Origin: Opitutales bacterium | GTDB taxonomy: Bacteria; Verrucomicrobiota; Verrucomicrobiia; Opitutales; UBA9783 | NCBI GenBank assembly: GCA_024407725.1 | Contig: JAKSVZ010000003.1 | Span: 4,732 to 68,731, forward strand | Length of the DNA: 64,000 nt | Direction of reading: 5' to 3' | In this document: piece by piece, positions 47,485 to 56,666 of the stretch | Layout of the letters: the number at the start of each line of letters is the position of its first letter | Position numbering within the stretch: the first letter of the stretch is position 1 | Notes under the pieces: model-generated | The model's input: the letters and a program-made list of their open reading frames with translations, nothing else | Database searches by the model: none | Told to the model about the DNA's origin: nothing | Position numbers and translations under genes: made by a program

Positions 47485-48918
47485 TTAACCGCGTTGATTG
47501 AAAGCCCACTGATAGACTGATTCGTATTGTGTGCTAGAGTGTGCCCAAGAAAAATCGGCTTCCATAGCTGTTTTTTGCATCTTTTGAAACAAATGAGGCT
47601 TTTCGGTATAGATGCGGTAAGCCCAATGAACGGTATTGTAGATAGCGTCGTTGTGGAGATCGGAAAATACAAAACCGTAGCCTGTTTCGTCTGATTCGTT
47701 TAACGACTGAACGGTATCGGCTAAGCCGCCGGTTGCGCGTACAATGGGTAAAGTTCCGTAGCGCATAGCATAAAGCTGAGCTAAGCCGCAGGGTTCGTAA
47801 CGACTGGGGAGGATGAACAAATCGCATCCAGCTTGTAATCGATGGGCGAGTCCTGAGTCGTATTGGGTAATCATTCGGACTTGATTGGAGAATGGCTGTT
47901 CTAACGAGCGAAATTGGTTTTCTAGGTTCATATCACCCGTTCCCAAGATAACGACCTGCAGTTGAGTGTTGTTTAAGAGGTAGGGAAGTACATTAGCAAA
48001 GACATCCAATCCCTTTTGCCAACAGATGCGGCTGACCACTCCTAATAGGGGGGCTTGTGTGTGTGGCAAATGAAATTGGTCGCGAATGGACTTTTTACAT
48101 TCCTCTTTGGGACCTAAATTGTTTGAGGTGAAGTGGCTGGGAATCAGCGGGTCGGTTTCTGGATTCCACACATCGGTATCGATACCATTTAAAATTCCGA
48201 TGAGATCCCCTGCTTTAAAGCGAAGTACGGGGTCTAATCCGCAGCCAAATTCGGTAGTTTGAATTTCTTGTGCATAGCGAGGGCTAACGGTGGTTATTTT
48301 GGTGGAATGATAAAGGGCGCCTTTTAGGAAGTTTACCTGTCCTAATGCTTCTAGGCTGGTGGAATGAAATTCGGAAAAAGGGATGCCTGCGAAGGATAAA
48401 ATGGAGGGGGAAAATATGCCCTGATACTGAAGGTTATGGATGGTGAAAACGGTTGCGGCGGCGCTGATGGGATGGCAAGAACGTAAGGTGTTGCAGTAGA
48501 CGGGGATCAGCCCTGTGGCCCAATCATGGCAATGTATGACTTCTGGAGCCCATTGCAACGTACTACAGCTATCGAGTACCGCTCGGCAGAAGAAGGCAAA
48601 ACGTTCGCCGTTATAAGTCCCATCGACATAAATCGCGGCATCTTTAAAGTAATTAGGAGCGTCGATAAAGTAGAAGGTAATTCCATTTTGGACGACTTCA
48701 TATACTTGGCATTTTTCAATCTTTTGCCCCATGTACACTGAAATATCTCTATGGCAAAACCAATCGTTTTGTGGGTGGATAAATCCATAGAGGGGCAAGA
48801 ACAGCCGTACGTCATGATGGCGATTAGCTAAGGCTTTTGCGAGGCCGCTTACCATGTGACCGAGACCTCCTGTTTCCGCAAAGGGAGCGCATTCGGGGCT
48901 AGCCATTAAAATTCTCAT
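47485..48918 (-). CDS. glgA: Glycogen synthase (ADP-glucose type, GT5)
   Basis: MRILMASPECAPFAETGGLGHMVSGLAKALA (K-x-G-G-L type motif), and C-terminal PSRYEPCGL.Q...MRYGT.P.VR.TGGL.DTV. Confidence 0.9.
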   Translation of the reverse strand: MRILMASPECAPFAETGGLGHMVSGLAKALANRHHDVRLFLPLYGFIHPQNDWFCHRDISVYMGQKIEKCQVYEVVQNGITFYFIDAPNYFKDAAIYVDGTYNGERFAFFCRAVLDSCSTLQWAPEVIHCHDWATGLIPVYCNTLRSCHPISAAATVFTIHNLQYQGIFSPSILSFAGIPFSEFHSTSLEALGQVNFLKGALYHSTKITTVSPRYAQEIQTTEFGCGLDPVLRFKAGDLIGILNGIDTDVWNPETDPLIPSHFTSNNLGPKEECKKSIRDQFHLPHTQAPLLGVVSRICWQKGLDVFANVLPYLLNNTQLQVVILGTGDMNLENQFRSLEQPFSNQVRMITQYDSGLAHRLQAGCDLFILPSRYEPCGLAQLYAMRYGTLPIVRATGGLADTVQSLNESDETGYGFVFSDLHNDAIYNTVHWAYRIYTEKPHLFQKMQKTAMEADFSWAHSSTQYESVYQWAFNQRG

Positions 48919-48932
48919 CGTTGTATATTTTT

Positions 48933-48961
48933 AGTATAATGCTTTTGAATTCAAAACTCAA
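48933..48961 (-). promoter_or_regulatory. Candidate sigma70-like promoter for glgA
   Basis: On the minus strand: TTGAGT (48961..48956), a 17-nt spacer, TATACT (48938..48933), 14 nt before the glgA ATG. This is a pattern match only. Confidence 0.3.
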
Positions 48962-49018
48962 TTGAGGGATGCGGGAAAAAGTTGACCTTGGGGGTAATAA
49001 AGCGTAGGACTATGAATA

Positions 49019-49681
49019 ATGAATTCCCAAAAGCCATCCATCGTTAAATTTCCGGGGAACGCGGATGACCCATCCGTTAAGAGCGTAAAACCGGTATTCG
49101 ATTGGTATACTTTCAGCGCATGGTTACAGGCGCAAGCAGGACGCTTAAGAGCCATTGCTATTATTGCATTAACGATAGGGGCTGTTGTTGGGATTTTTAA
49201 AGGTTGGCAAGCGCACCGCATTAACCATTATGTGGCGGAGTATGCAAAGTGCCCAACCTTGGGAGATCAGGTGGCTTGGGCTAAATTAAGCGTACCTAGC
49301 CAATTGAGCAACCTACAGGCATTTGTGTTTTTACGCCAAGCACATGAGTACGAGCACAAAGGGGAATGGAGCGATGCATTGGAATGCTATCGGCAGGCAA
49401 AAACCTATGGAACCCTATCGCCTTTGAAAGAACAAGCGCGCATGGGATACGCATTTATCGCATTGCAATTGGATCAGTTGGATGCTGCCGAAGCGGAATT
49501 TAAAACCTTATATCAAGGCACGTTGAATTATTTAAAGGCGCAAGCGCTGTATGGTTTGTGTTTTATTGCTCACAAACGGAAAAATGGGGAGCAATTAAAG
49601 CGGTATCTACAACAGCTGCAAAGTTTGAAAGAAGGGGCGGCGTTTTTACGTCAGTGGGAATCGTTTCAGGTGAACGATTAA
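49019..49681 (+). CDS. Hypothetical membrane-anchored protein with TPR-like helical repeats
   Basis: 220 aa with one TM helix (AIAIIALTIGAVVGIF). The C-terminal helical repeat region contains A..Y..A-type spacing (EWSDALECYRQAKTYG..). I recognise no homology. Confidence 0.45.
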   Translation: MNSQKPSIVKFPGNADDPSVKSVKPVFDWYTFSAWLQAQAGRLRAIAIIALTIGAVVGIFKGWQAHRINHYVAEYAKCPTLGDQVAWAKLSVPSQLSNLQAFVFLRQAHEYEHKGEWSDALECYRQAKTYGTLSPLKEQARMGYAFIALQLDQLDAAEAEFKTLYQGTLNYLKAQALYGLCFIAHKRKNGEQLKRYLQQLQSLKEGAAFLRQWESFQVND

Positions 49682-50256
49682 CGCGCATTAGAGGCGTTTT
49701 TTACCTCTTTTTTAACCGCAGGTCTTTGTTCCTGTGAAGATGGTCTAATAAAGGCGCATGCGTATTCATCGAATTTTTCCTGTAAATTGCCGGTATACCC
49801 CAAAGAGAGTTGTCGGATTTCGTCAGGGGGAAGGTAGGAGATGGTATAGAGGAAGATGGCGCTGACAATGGACATTTGGATAGTGGGTTGGTTCGCTTGA
49901 GCTTCGCCTAAGAATGGAGTCAGTATTTTTTTGAGCTGCCCCTTTACGGTAATCGTGGTAGCTAGGATGGATTGAGAATTATTACGGGAAATGTTCGCTT
50001 CTAATTGTGAGATAAAATCTCTCCAATCTTCATCGCACGTAATGCATAGGTACTGCAATTGTTCATATAAGGTATGCAGTTCCATCGAATGCGATTGCGT
50101 AAGGATTGCGTTAACCAATGGAGCATCGGGAATATGATTATACGCTACTTGTTTGAACGTAGCATCGACCATAGAACCATCGTGAATAACAGGATAGGCG
50201 AAACAGTGAGTAGCAAATAACAAGGAACAACAAAGGCTACTGAAACCGAACCTCAT
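49678..50256 (-). CDS. Hypothetical secreted protein
   Basis: 192 aa with a signal peptide (MRFGFSSLCCSLLFATHCFA) and no recognisable motif. It converges on, and overlaps by 4 nt, the preceding gene. Confidence 0.45.
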   Translation of the reverse strand: MRFGFSSLCCSLLFATHCFAYPVIHDGSMVDATFKQVAYNHIPDAPLVNAILTQSHSMELHTLYEQLQYLCITCDEDWRDFISQLEANISRNNSQSILATTITVKGQLKKILTPFLGEAQANQPTIQMSIVSAIFLYTISYLPPDEIRQLSLGYTGNLQEKFDEYACAFIRPSSQEQRPAVKKEVKNASNAR

Positions 50257-50289
50257 ATTAATGATAATTCGGTTTAATTGGCAAAAAAT

Positions 50290-51168
50290 TTACCCGAAAA
50301 TCAGCGGATACCTACCCTGTTGCGTTTGGGACCTTAAATAATCCTGTATGGGATTTACATCGGCAGGATAGGTTATTTCTAAACACTTATCTTTTAGATT
50401 AGGAAGTAGATGAATAGGGCGCTGTTGTTGGGCTGCAATGGCTTGAATGGCGGTTGGCAAATAGAATTCTTCGATTTCCGGATGCGTCATGTGTTGGATA
50501 AACACCTGCCATTGTTCTTCTAAAGCAGAAAGGACGTTTTGTTGCAGTACCCAAAAGTTTACCGAAGTATAAGCATCGGGTGCAAGAAGAACGGTTTCTG
50601 TATCCTGATGATGGACAATACCGTTAGGGGTTTGTTCGATATGGGTATATTCTTGCAAACGCGTAATTTTGCCGTTTTGAACGCTGCAAATAGCTCTAGA
50701 AACGCTTCCGTTGGGAGATAAGACTGTTTTAAGCGGGTATCCAACCAACGCGCACTCTTGGTGATTAGAGGATAGGAATTGCATGGCTTGCGCATAGGCT
50801 TCGTACCCATACCAATTGTCGCCATTGTTAATGACGAAGGGGGTAGTAATTGCATGGCGAGCGGCATACAATGCGTGTCCGGTTCCAAAAGGTTTGGTTC
50901 GATGGATTCCTAGCTCAAGCGATGGATCTTCTTGCAAAACGCATTGCGAACGATTTTTGAGGCCAAATTGGTCAAAAATATGCTCAAAAAACGGCTGAGT
51001 TTCGGGGTTTACGATAGCGACAAAGTAATGAAATCCGGCCTGTAAGGCGTCCCATATTCCATAGCTTGCTAACGGAGCATGTTGAGGCTCAAAGGTATGT
51101 ATTTGCTTGGGGCCTCCGAAACGGCTTCCTTTCCCAGCAGCTAATAAAACCAGAGTGGCTTTAATCAT
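50290..51168 (-). CDS. Sugar-phosphate nucleotidyltransferase family protein
   Basis: N-terminal LLAAGKGSRFGGPKQ (NTP-transferase G-x-G-x-R motif) and ..PFGTGHAL. I chose the ATG at 51168, which overlaps the upstream GT2 stop. Confidence 0.7.
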   Translation of the reverse strand: MIKATLVLLAAGKGSRFGGPKQIHTFEPQHAPLASYGIWDALQAGFHYFVAIVNPETQPFFEHIFDQFGLKNRSQCVLQEDPSLELGIHRTKPFGTGHALYAARHAITTPFVINNGDNWYGYEAYAQAMQFLSSNHQECALVGYPLKTVLSPNGSVSRAICSVQNGKITRLQEYTHIEQTPNGIVHHQDTETVLLAPDAYTSVNFWVLQQNVLSALEEQWQVFIQHMTHPEIEEFYLPTAIQAIAAQQQRPIHLLPNLKDKCLEITYPADVNPIQDYLRSQTQQGRYPLIFG

Positions 51169-51910
51169 GGTTGTGCTTGAGTTCAATTGCGAACAGATAC
51201 TTAAAAAAGACGTAGATAGCGGATAGGCTTGCTACATAAAAGCCTGCAATGCCATTACGGTAGCACCGTTGCTGAAAATAGCTCTTAATAAAGGCGTGCC
51301 AAGGATACGTGAGGAGGTTAAACGCTAAACGTTTTTGGGAGTAGCGCTGAGCCAATTCGGTTGCTTTTAGCTGCGCATAATGGATGTTTTTTTGTAGGGT
51401 ATGAGCTACATCACGTTCGGTGTAATGGAACAAGGGGCCGAATAAAGTTTGTGCAGGGCCTGAGAAACATAGGCGTTCATGAACTACGCCTTCCCAATGA
51501 GCATGGTTTTTATCAAACAGAATCAGTTGATGGTCGTTCATCTTTAACCACTGACCTAAAAATCGATTGATACGGTAGCAATAACAGGCGCTGTAACGGG
51601 TATGGTTGGAATTGGCAAAAAACGCTTCAATAGCCGTGCGTAATTCAGGCGATACCACTTCGTCGGCATCGATACGGAAAATCCATTGGGTGTTGGCGTA
51701 TTGAGTTCCGATGTTGCGCTGCTGAGCGTATCCTTCCCATGCGTGTTCTACGATGCGTGCGTGAAAGCTTTCAGCAATGGCGCGTGTACGATCGGTGCAA
51801 TCATTGAGTACCACAACGATGTCTTGAACCCAGCCGCTTAGGGATTGCAAACAGGCAGTAATGCGATCTGCTTCATTCTTCGCAATAATCACAGCGGTTA
51901 AGGGTACCAT
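51161..51910 (-). CDS. Glycosyltransferase family 2
   Basis: TAVIIAKNEADRI....L.S, and a D.D-type motif (RIDADEVV). I chose the ATG at 51910 (MVPLTAVII..); the track starts at the GTG at 51928. Confidence 0.75.
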   Translation of the reverse strand: MVPLTAVIIAKNEADRITACLQSLSGWVQDIVVVLNDCTDRTRAIAESFHARIVEHAWEGYAQQRNIGTQYANTQWIFRIDADEVVSPELRTAIEAFFANSNHTRYSACYCYRINRFLGQWLKMNDHQLILFDKNHAHWEGVVHERLCFSGPAQTLFGPLFHYTERDVAHTLQKNIHYAQLKATELAQRYSQKRLAFNLLTYPWHAFIKSYFQQRCYRNGIAGFYVASLSAIYVFFKYLFAIELKHNHD

Positions 51911-51957
51911 ATGGGTATCATGGGGCACAGAGCAGCATTAAGTCAACTTCGAACGTA

Positions 51958-52368
51958 TTATACAAGCGGCAATACGCGTCTTTTATGCGTTTGGGCTGAA
52001 TCCTTCGATAAGGCGCGTATGGCTTGTTTCAGGGTGTCATAGATCGGGGCGATGGCCTGAAGTCCGCTTAAACCCCAGATGGTACGAATCAATTCGGTAG
52101 GGTTGGCGAGTGCCATAGACCGTTTGGTTGGCTTTACCCGTTGTATGAATTTTAAAAACACTCCTAATCCCGTAGGGGTTACGAACTGCCAATTGCTTCC
52201 GTCGATAATAATCGGAAGGTTGGCGCCTTGTGAAAGTTCTTTGAATGCGACTTCCAGTTTGGGTGTTAAATCTGCATCGAGATAATTTTGAATGCTGAGA
52301 ACAATAACTCCATCGACCTTTTTCCAATGAATGGCGCGGTCAAAGGTAGCGTATTCGTTAATAGACAT
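51958..52368 (-). CDS. STAS domain protein (RsbV/SpoIIAA-like anti-sigma factor antagonist)
   Basis: 136 aa. The pattern ..L.I.G.LD......L..... ..IIIDGSNWQFVTPTGLGVFL.. is typical of STAS domains with a phosphorylatable Ser/Thr before GLG. Confidence 0.65.
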   Translation of the reverse strand: MSINEYATFDRAIHWKKVDGVIVLSIQNYLDADLTPKLEVAFKELSQGANLPIIIDGSNWQFVTPTGLGVFLKFIQRVKPTKRSMALANPTELIRTIWGLSGLQAIAPIYDTLKQAIRALSKDSAQTHKRRVLPLV

Positions 52369-52415
52369 CTTGTTGGTTTATTATAACGGAAAAAATTGCT
52401 TTTTTTTTAGGAACA

Positions 52416-52946
52416 ATGGATGATTCAAGTATGCGGATACGTATCAGCGCACTTTTATTGCTCTTGTTGTTGAATGCGTGCCATTATCAGGCAGGGTATC
52501 CGGTGGCTCAATGTCCCCTGAAAACGATTTATGTTCAGCCCATCATTAAGGATGCCTTGGTGGCTAATATCTCCGGTGTATTGACTCGCCAATTGCGTGA
52601 AGAGTTGGTTCGTACTAGCATTTTGAAGGTAGTGACCAAGGAATCAGGTGCGGATGCTCGGTTGGAAACCCACTTAGTGCGTTATGATCCGAGTGTGAGT
52701 AGTGTAAGCACGGACGACGCATTAACTGCGCATTCTTTGTCCTTAAAAGCTACCGCCCGTTGCAGCCTGCAGGATACGAACACAGGGTATTATTACTTTA
52801 AGGATCGTGAATTTACAGTAGACGTGTCCATACGGAGTGCGACAGAAGGTCAAACGGCTGAGTACCAAGCAATTCCGTTGTTAGCGCGCGATTTAGCCAA
52901 GAAAATAATCGTAGCGATTGGCATGCAAAAAGGGTTGAAGGAATAA
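52416..52946 (+). CDS. lptE: Lipoprotein, possibly LPS-assembly lipoprotein LptE
   Basis: Lipobox LLLNAC, size about 175 aa, and LptE-like segments (C-x-Y/W-x.., LTRQLREEL, alternating beta strands). The assignment is tentative. Confidence 0.45.
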   Translation: MDDSSMRIRISALLLLLLLNACHYQAGYPVAQCPLKTIYVQPIIKDALVANISGVLTRQLREELVRTSILKVVTKESGADARLETHLVRYDPSVSSVSTDDALTAHSLSLKATARCSLQDTNTGYYYFKDREFTVDVSIRSATEGQTAEYQAIPLLARDLAKKIIVAIGMQKGLKE

Positions 52947-52949
52947 TCC

Positions 52950-53552
52950 ATGAGTGCTTTTGAATGGATTCCATCGCTATTTGCGGCGGATCCTTTGTGC
53001 TTTGGTGATGCTTTAAAGCGGGTCAGCGCAGATTATGCAAGCATTCATGTGGATATTATGGATGGACATTTTGTCCCCAATATCAGTTTCGGTTCTGCTA
53101 TGGTGGCTGCGGTTAAACGGATTGCGCCTCGTTTGTTGATCGAAGTTCATCTGATGGTTACCAATCCAGAGAATTTTATTCACCCCTGCATTCAAGCAGG
53201 AGCCCAGCGTATCTTTGTCCACGTTGAAGTTCCATCGGCTGCTGAAACGTGTAAAACCTTGCAAGCAAGCGGTATCCAATGGGGATTGGTCATCAATCCA
53301 GAAACGCCCTTGGAATGCCTTCCGAAAGCATTACTTCAGGAATCAGGCAATTGCTTAATCATGAGTGTCCATCCAGGGTTTTGTGGCCAAAGTTTTATCG
53401 AAGCCACCTATCAGCGCGTAGCAGCTATCCATCAAGCTTATCCGCAGCTAACGTTAACGGTTGATGGAGGTATTAATCCTGAAATTGCCGCCAAACTAGC
53501 GAACTTAGGGGTCGCCCATTGCGTTGCCGGTTCTTATTGCTTTAAACAATAA
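52950..53552 (+). CDS. rpe: Ribulose-phosphate 3-epimerase
   Basis: PSL.AAD, HVDIMDGHFVPNISFG, H.MV..P, MSV.PGF.GQ.F and VDGGI motifs. Confidence 0.9.
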   Translation: MSAFEWIPSLFAADPLCFGDALKRVSADYASIHVDIMDGHFVPNISFGSAMVAAVKRIAPRLLIEVHLMVTNPENFIHPCIQAGAQRIFVHVEVPSAAETCKTLQASGIQWGLVINPETPLECLPKALLQESGNCLIMSVHPGFCGQSFIEATYQRVAAIHQAYPQLTLTVDGGINPEIAAKLANLGVAHCVAGSYCFKQ

Positions 53553-53573
53553 TTTTTTGGAGCCTTACCGTGC

Positions 53574-54434
53574 TTAGAAGGTTCTTCCTACGCCCAAATA
53601 GATTTGATCGGAATGGAAATTAGCGAGCTTGGGGATTTCCAATCCATAACATTTAGCACCAAACATTTGATGCAGCCCGATATGGCGGTAACCGACTTCG
53701 AATAGCGTTTCAAATTTCTCTGCGCGTACAAACAGACTAAAATTGTACAGCAACGAACCGGAATGGACGTACTTACGGCGGCTGTCACCTAACCAAGTAC
53801 AAGTGACCAAATTATTAGGAGTCCATATTCGCCAAAAGTCTAATGTCGTAAATTTGGTGCAGATATAAGCACCACCGATACCCCCACCAATACCAGCGGA
53901 TAACCAATCTAAGATATAGTGTTCCCAATAGACATTGACTTGAGCTCCAGCAATGCGTTGGTTTTTAAGGTAAAACATTATATAATTCCTGTTCCATATC
54001 GGATGTCCAGCCTCATCTCGTAAATAGCTACATCTTATGGCATAGAAATCGGGGCGATAGGGAATGTTAACATCCCACCATTCATCATTGAAGGGTGCGC
54101 GTTTCTTTACGCTGACATAAGCTCCTAATATTTCTATTTCTAAGCCTAAAGATCCAATATTGAATACATCGAACCGTCCGCCTAAAGCAACTGATAAATT
54201 GCGGTGATTGCTGTATGGAATTTTACCCGATGTACAATCATTGTCTCGCGATATGCGATTATTTGTTACGCCAATGACATTTGGGTCTTCCAACTTTCCT
54301 TTAGAAAACTTTCCCCAATCGTCTCCCTTTAACTCCCCGAACCCCGAACGTACCATGACGTACAAACCATAACAGGGGGTGTGTATTCCTAAAGCAATGC
54401 TTAGAGCTAATAATAGGCTTATTCTTTTAGTCAT
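53574..54434 (-). CDS. Outer-membrane beta-barrel protein (family unresolved)
   Basis: 286 aa with a signal peptide (MTKRISLLLALSIALGIHTPCYG), Gly/aromatic-rich alternating strands and a C-terminal ..YLGVGRTF with terminal Phe, typical of BAM substrates. Confidence 0.55.
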   Translation of the reverse strand: MTKRISLLLALSIALGIHTPCYGLYVMVRSGFGELKGDDWGKFSKGKLEDPNVIGVTNNRISRDNDCTSGKIPYSNHRNLSVALGGRFDVFNIGSLGLEIEILGAYVSVKKRAPFNDEWWDVNIPYRPDFYAIRCSYLRDEAGHPIWNRNYIMFYLKNQRIAGAQVNVYWEHYILDWLSAGIGGGIGGAYICTKFTTLDFWRIWTPNNLVTCTWLGDSRRKYVHSGSLLYNFSLFVRAEKFETLFEVGYRHIGLHQMFGAKCYGLEIPKLANFHSDQIYLGVGRTF

Positions 54435-54490
54435 TTCCTTATAAGGCGTTTCCTTATAAGGCGTTTCCTTATAAGGCGTTTCCTTATAAG
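54435..54490. repeat. 15-bp tandem repeat (3.7 copies) carrying the perfect palindrome CCTTATAAGG four times
   Basis: Read directly from the sequence: TTCCTTATAAGGCGT x3 plus a partial fourth copy. It begins at the nucleotide adjacent to the ATG (54434..54432) of the minus-strand OMP gene. Confidence 0.95.
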
Positions 54491-54581
54491 ATTTTGGGCG
54501 TTTTCCGGAAATTGCAAGCTTTTTTATAGAGCACGAGAAGCTTTAATAAGGTGGCTGGCTCATTTAGTGACCCTGAAAAAC

Positions 54582-54614
54582 AAAAAAGCCAGGTAAAATT
54601 ACCTAGCTTTTTTA
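54582..54614. terminator. Bidirectional rho-independent terminator between tlc and the OMP gene region
   Basis: A-run (54582..54586), a 9-bp stem (54587..54595 pairs with 54600..54608, with one C-A mismatch), loop AAAT, then a T-run to 54613. It serves tlc on the minus strand, 17 nt after the stop. Confidence 0.55.
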
Positions 54615-54630
54615 TAACTGTTGTTAAAGC

Positions 54631-56163
54631 TTATTCAGCTTTTGCTTTATTGGCTGCTTCTACTTTTTTACCTAAGGATTTAACCGATAGGAGCCATAAA
54701 GTAACGATTACCAAGAAGATACCGAACAAGTAAGGTACGATTTGGAAGTAGGTTGCTTTGGTTCCCATGATAGATCCGACAACCGAGAACAGCAATACTT
54801 GGCAGAAAGCACCACCGGATTTTCCGAGACGTCCACCGACTACATCGACCACCGCTTTACCTTTAACCTTCATTTCTTCATCCAATGGGATGTAAGCCAT
54901 TTCCTTTGTTAGGTCAAACAAGGCATATTTGGTAGCTTTGGAGATGGTTACGATGATAGCTCCTAAGATAACTGCGACTGCAACTGGATTGGTTCCGATG
55001 TTGCTTAACATGCCTGCTAAATTGTCTTTAAAGATAATGAAGGAGAAGAATGATATACCTCCGACAATAAAGACGCAGGGGGTAATAGCGGCAGCGGTTG
55101 TCCAGCGGAACATACGTAATATATTACCACCAATAATCAGCATAATAATCGACATAATACCGGTCCACGTCGTTACATTACTCATGAAGGTATTGTAATC
55201 GTTTTCGTTGGTATAACGTACCTTGATTTGGCTCTTCCAAAGACCTTCGATAACGTTGACGCTAATTCCGTAGGAAATAACCAACATAGCGATTAATCCT
55301 AAGTAAGGTGAAGTAAAGATGGTCTTGAGGCTTTCGATCAAACCAGCTTTTGCTTTTTTCTTTTTGACGCCTGGTAATTCAGGTTTATCGTAGAAGCGTT
55401 TATCAGTTAATACATTTTTGTAGATCCAGCGATAAAGCACCATGGTGCAGATACCGCAAATAACGACAACGGTCATTAAGTAGTTAAGGGTGATTTGCCA
55501 AGGATCTTCTCCCGGTAAAACTTTAGAACGGATATCTGAAGACCATTTACCAACGGCTCCGGCGAATAACAGCGAAAATTGAGCCATTAATCCGAAGAAA
55601 GCGTACATACGTTTTGCTTCAGATGTTTTGGTAATTTGGTTCGCGAACTGCCAGAAGGATAGCGATAGAATGGCGCTTCCCCAAAGTTCGGCTAATACGT
55701 AGAACAAACCATAGCTCCAGACCCCTAATAAAGCGATCGGCCAGTGCAAAGACGGGAATTGTCCTTGTAGCGCTGTAATGGTGGCTACAGATGGGTGGAA
55801 GAATTCACGATGGGGATAAATGACAAAAGCAAATAACCCGAAGAAGATGATGAACGGGGATAAGGTAGCGTAGAACAGGTGTTCATTGCTAAGAATATCG
55901 CTTGCTTTAGCGTAAATCAGCATGAATAAGATGGCTGATGGGGTTACGCAAAACAACTTTAAGTACGAAAGTGCCTCAGCTCCTGTATTGGTAACTACCA
56001 AAGAATCCTTGATGTTACGAACGCAGGTGTAGTTGAACAGAATGAAGAAAAAAATGAAACCCATGGGGATTGCCTTCTTCAATTCATAAGAATGAATTGG
56101 GAAGAATATTTGCCGCAACTTCGAGAACTCGGGTTGTGGTTTTGATACATTAGGAATAGCCAT
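54631..56163 (-). CDS. tlc: ATP/ADP translocase (Tlc/Npt nucleotide transporter family)
   Basis: About 510 aa with 12 TM helices. The N-terminal F.KLRQIFFPIHSYELKK..PM.F.FF.ILFNYT..R..KD.L.VT closely parallels chlamydial/rickettsial Npt1/Tlc. I prefer the ATG at 56163 over the track's TTG at 56214. Confidence 0.9.
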   Translation of the reverse strand: MAIPNVSKPQPEFSKLRQIFFPIHSYELKKAIPMGFIFFFILFNYTCVRNIKDSLVVTNTGAEALSYLKLFCVTPSAILFMLIYAKASDILSNEHLFYATLSPFIIFFGLFAFVIYPHREFFHPSVATITALQGQFPSLHWPIALLGVWSYGLFYVLAELWGSAILSLSFWQFANQITKTSEAKRMYAFFGLMAQFSLLFAGAVGKWSSDIRSKVLPGEDPWQITLNYLMTVVVICGICTMVLYRWIYKNVLTDKRFYDKPELPGVKKKKAKAGLIESLKTIFTSPYLGLIAMLVISYGISVNVIEGLWKSQIKVRYTNENDYNTFMSNVTTWTGIMSIIMLIIGGNILRMFRWTTAAAITPCVFIVGGISFFSFIIFKDNLAGMLSNIGTNPVAVAVILGAIIVTISKATKYALFDLTKEMAYIPLDEEMKVKGKAVVDVVGGRLGKSGGAFCQVLLFSVVGSIMGTKATYFQIVPYLFGIFLVIVTLWLLSVKSLGKKVEAANKAKAE

Positions 56164-56258
56164 AACTAATCTTTTCTTTTTATATTTTAAAGGTAGCGTA
56201 AAATTTTTAAGCAAACCGTCAATTTATTTTTTGATAAATAGGATGGAAATTGAGCCTG

Positions 56259-56657
56259 TTATTGTGCTTTTAGGCGTTCAATGAAAAAGTGCGGCGGTTG
56301 GATCAACTTATGGTCTTTGTTTAAAAACACATGAACCGTAAACCCTTGAGTTAAGACGGTTGTGTCGCGCTTAATCAGGTAATTTAAGGTGAAACGTACG
56401 TGTCCCAAATCAGTAGGGGGGGTTAATTCAATCCGAAGCTCATCATCAAAAAACGCTGGGGATTTATAGGTTAAATCGGCTTGTACAACGGGTATGGAAA
56501 ATCCTTCGCGCTCCATGACCTTGTAGTCCAAATCGAGAGACCTTAGCCATTCAATACGAGCCATTTCCAGCCAAACGAAGTAGCGGCTATGATGAACAAT
56601 ACCCATGGCATCGGTTTCGGCGTAACGTACGCGTAGGGTTGTTTCAAAAGCCCTCAT
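56259..56657 (-). CDS. Acyl-CoA thioesterase, YbgC/FadM (4HBT hot-dog) family
   Basis: RVRYAETDAMGIVHHSRYFVWLEMARIEWLR matches the 4HBT catalytic-Asp region. I chose the ATG at 56657. Confidence 0.8.
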   Translation of the reverse strand: MRAFETTLRVRYAETDAMGIVHHSRYFVWLEMARIEWLRSLDLDYKVMEREGFSIPVVQADLTYKSPAFFDDELRIELTPPTDLGHVRFTLNYLIKRDTTVLTQGFTVHVFLNKDHKLIQPPHFFIERLKAQ

Positions 56658-56666
56658 CAACAACCT

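Noticed and set aside
54435-54490. Possible CRISPR array.
   Set aside because: The repeats are 15 bp and directly abutting, with no spacers. There are no cas genes in the window. It is a simple tandem repeat and is reported as such.
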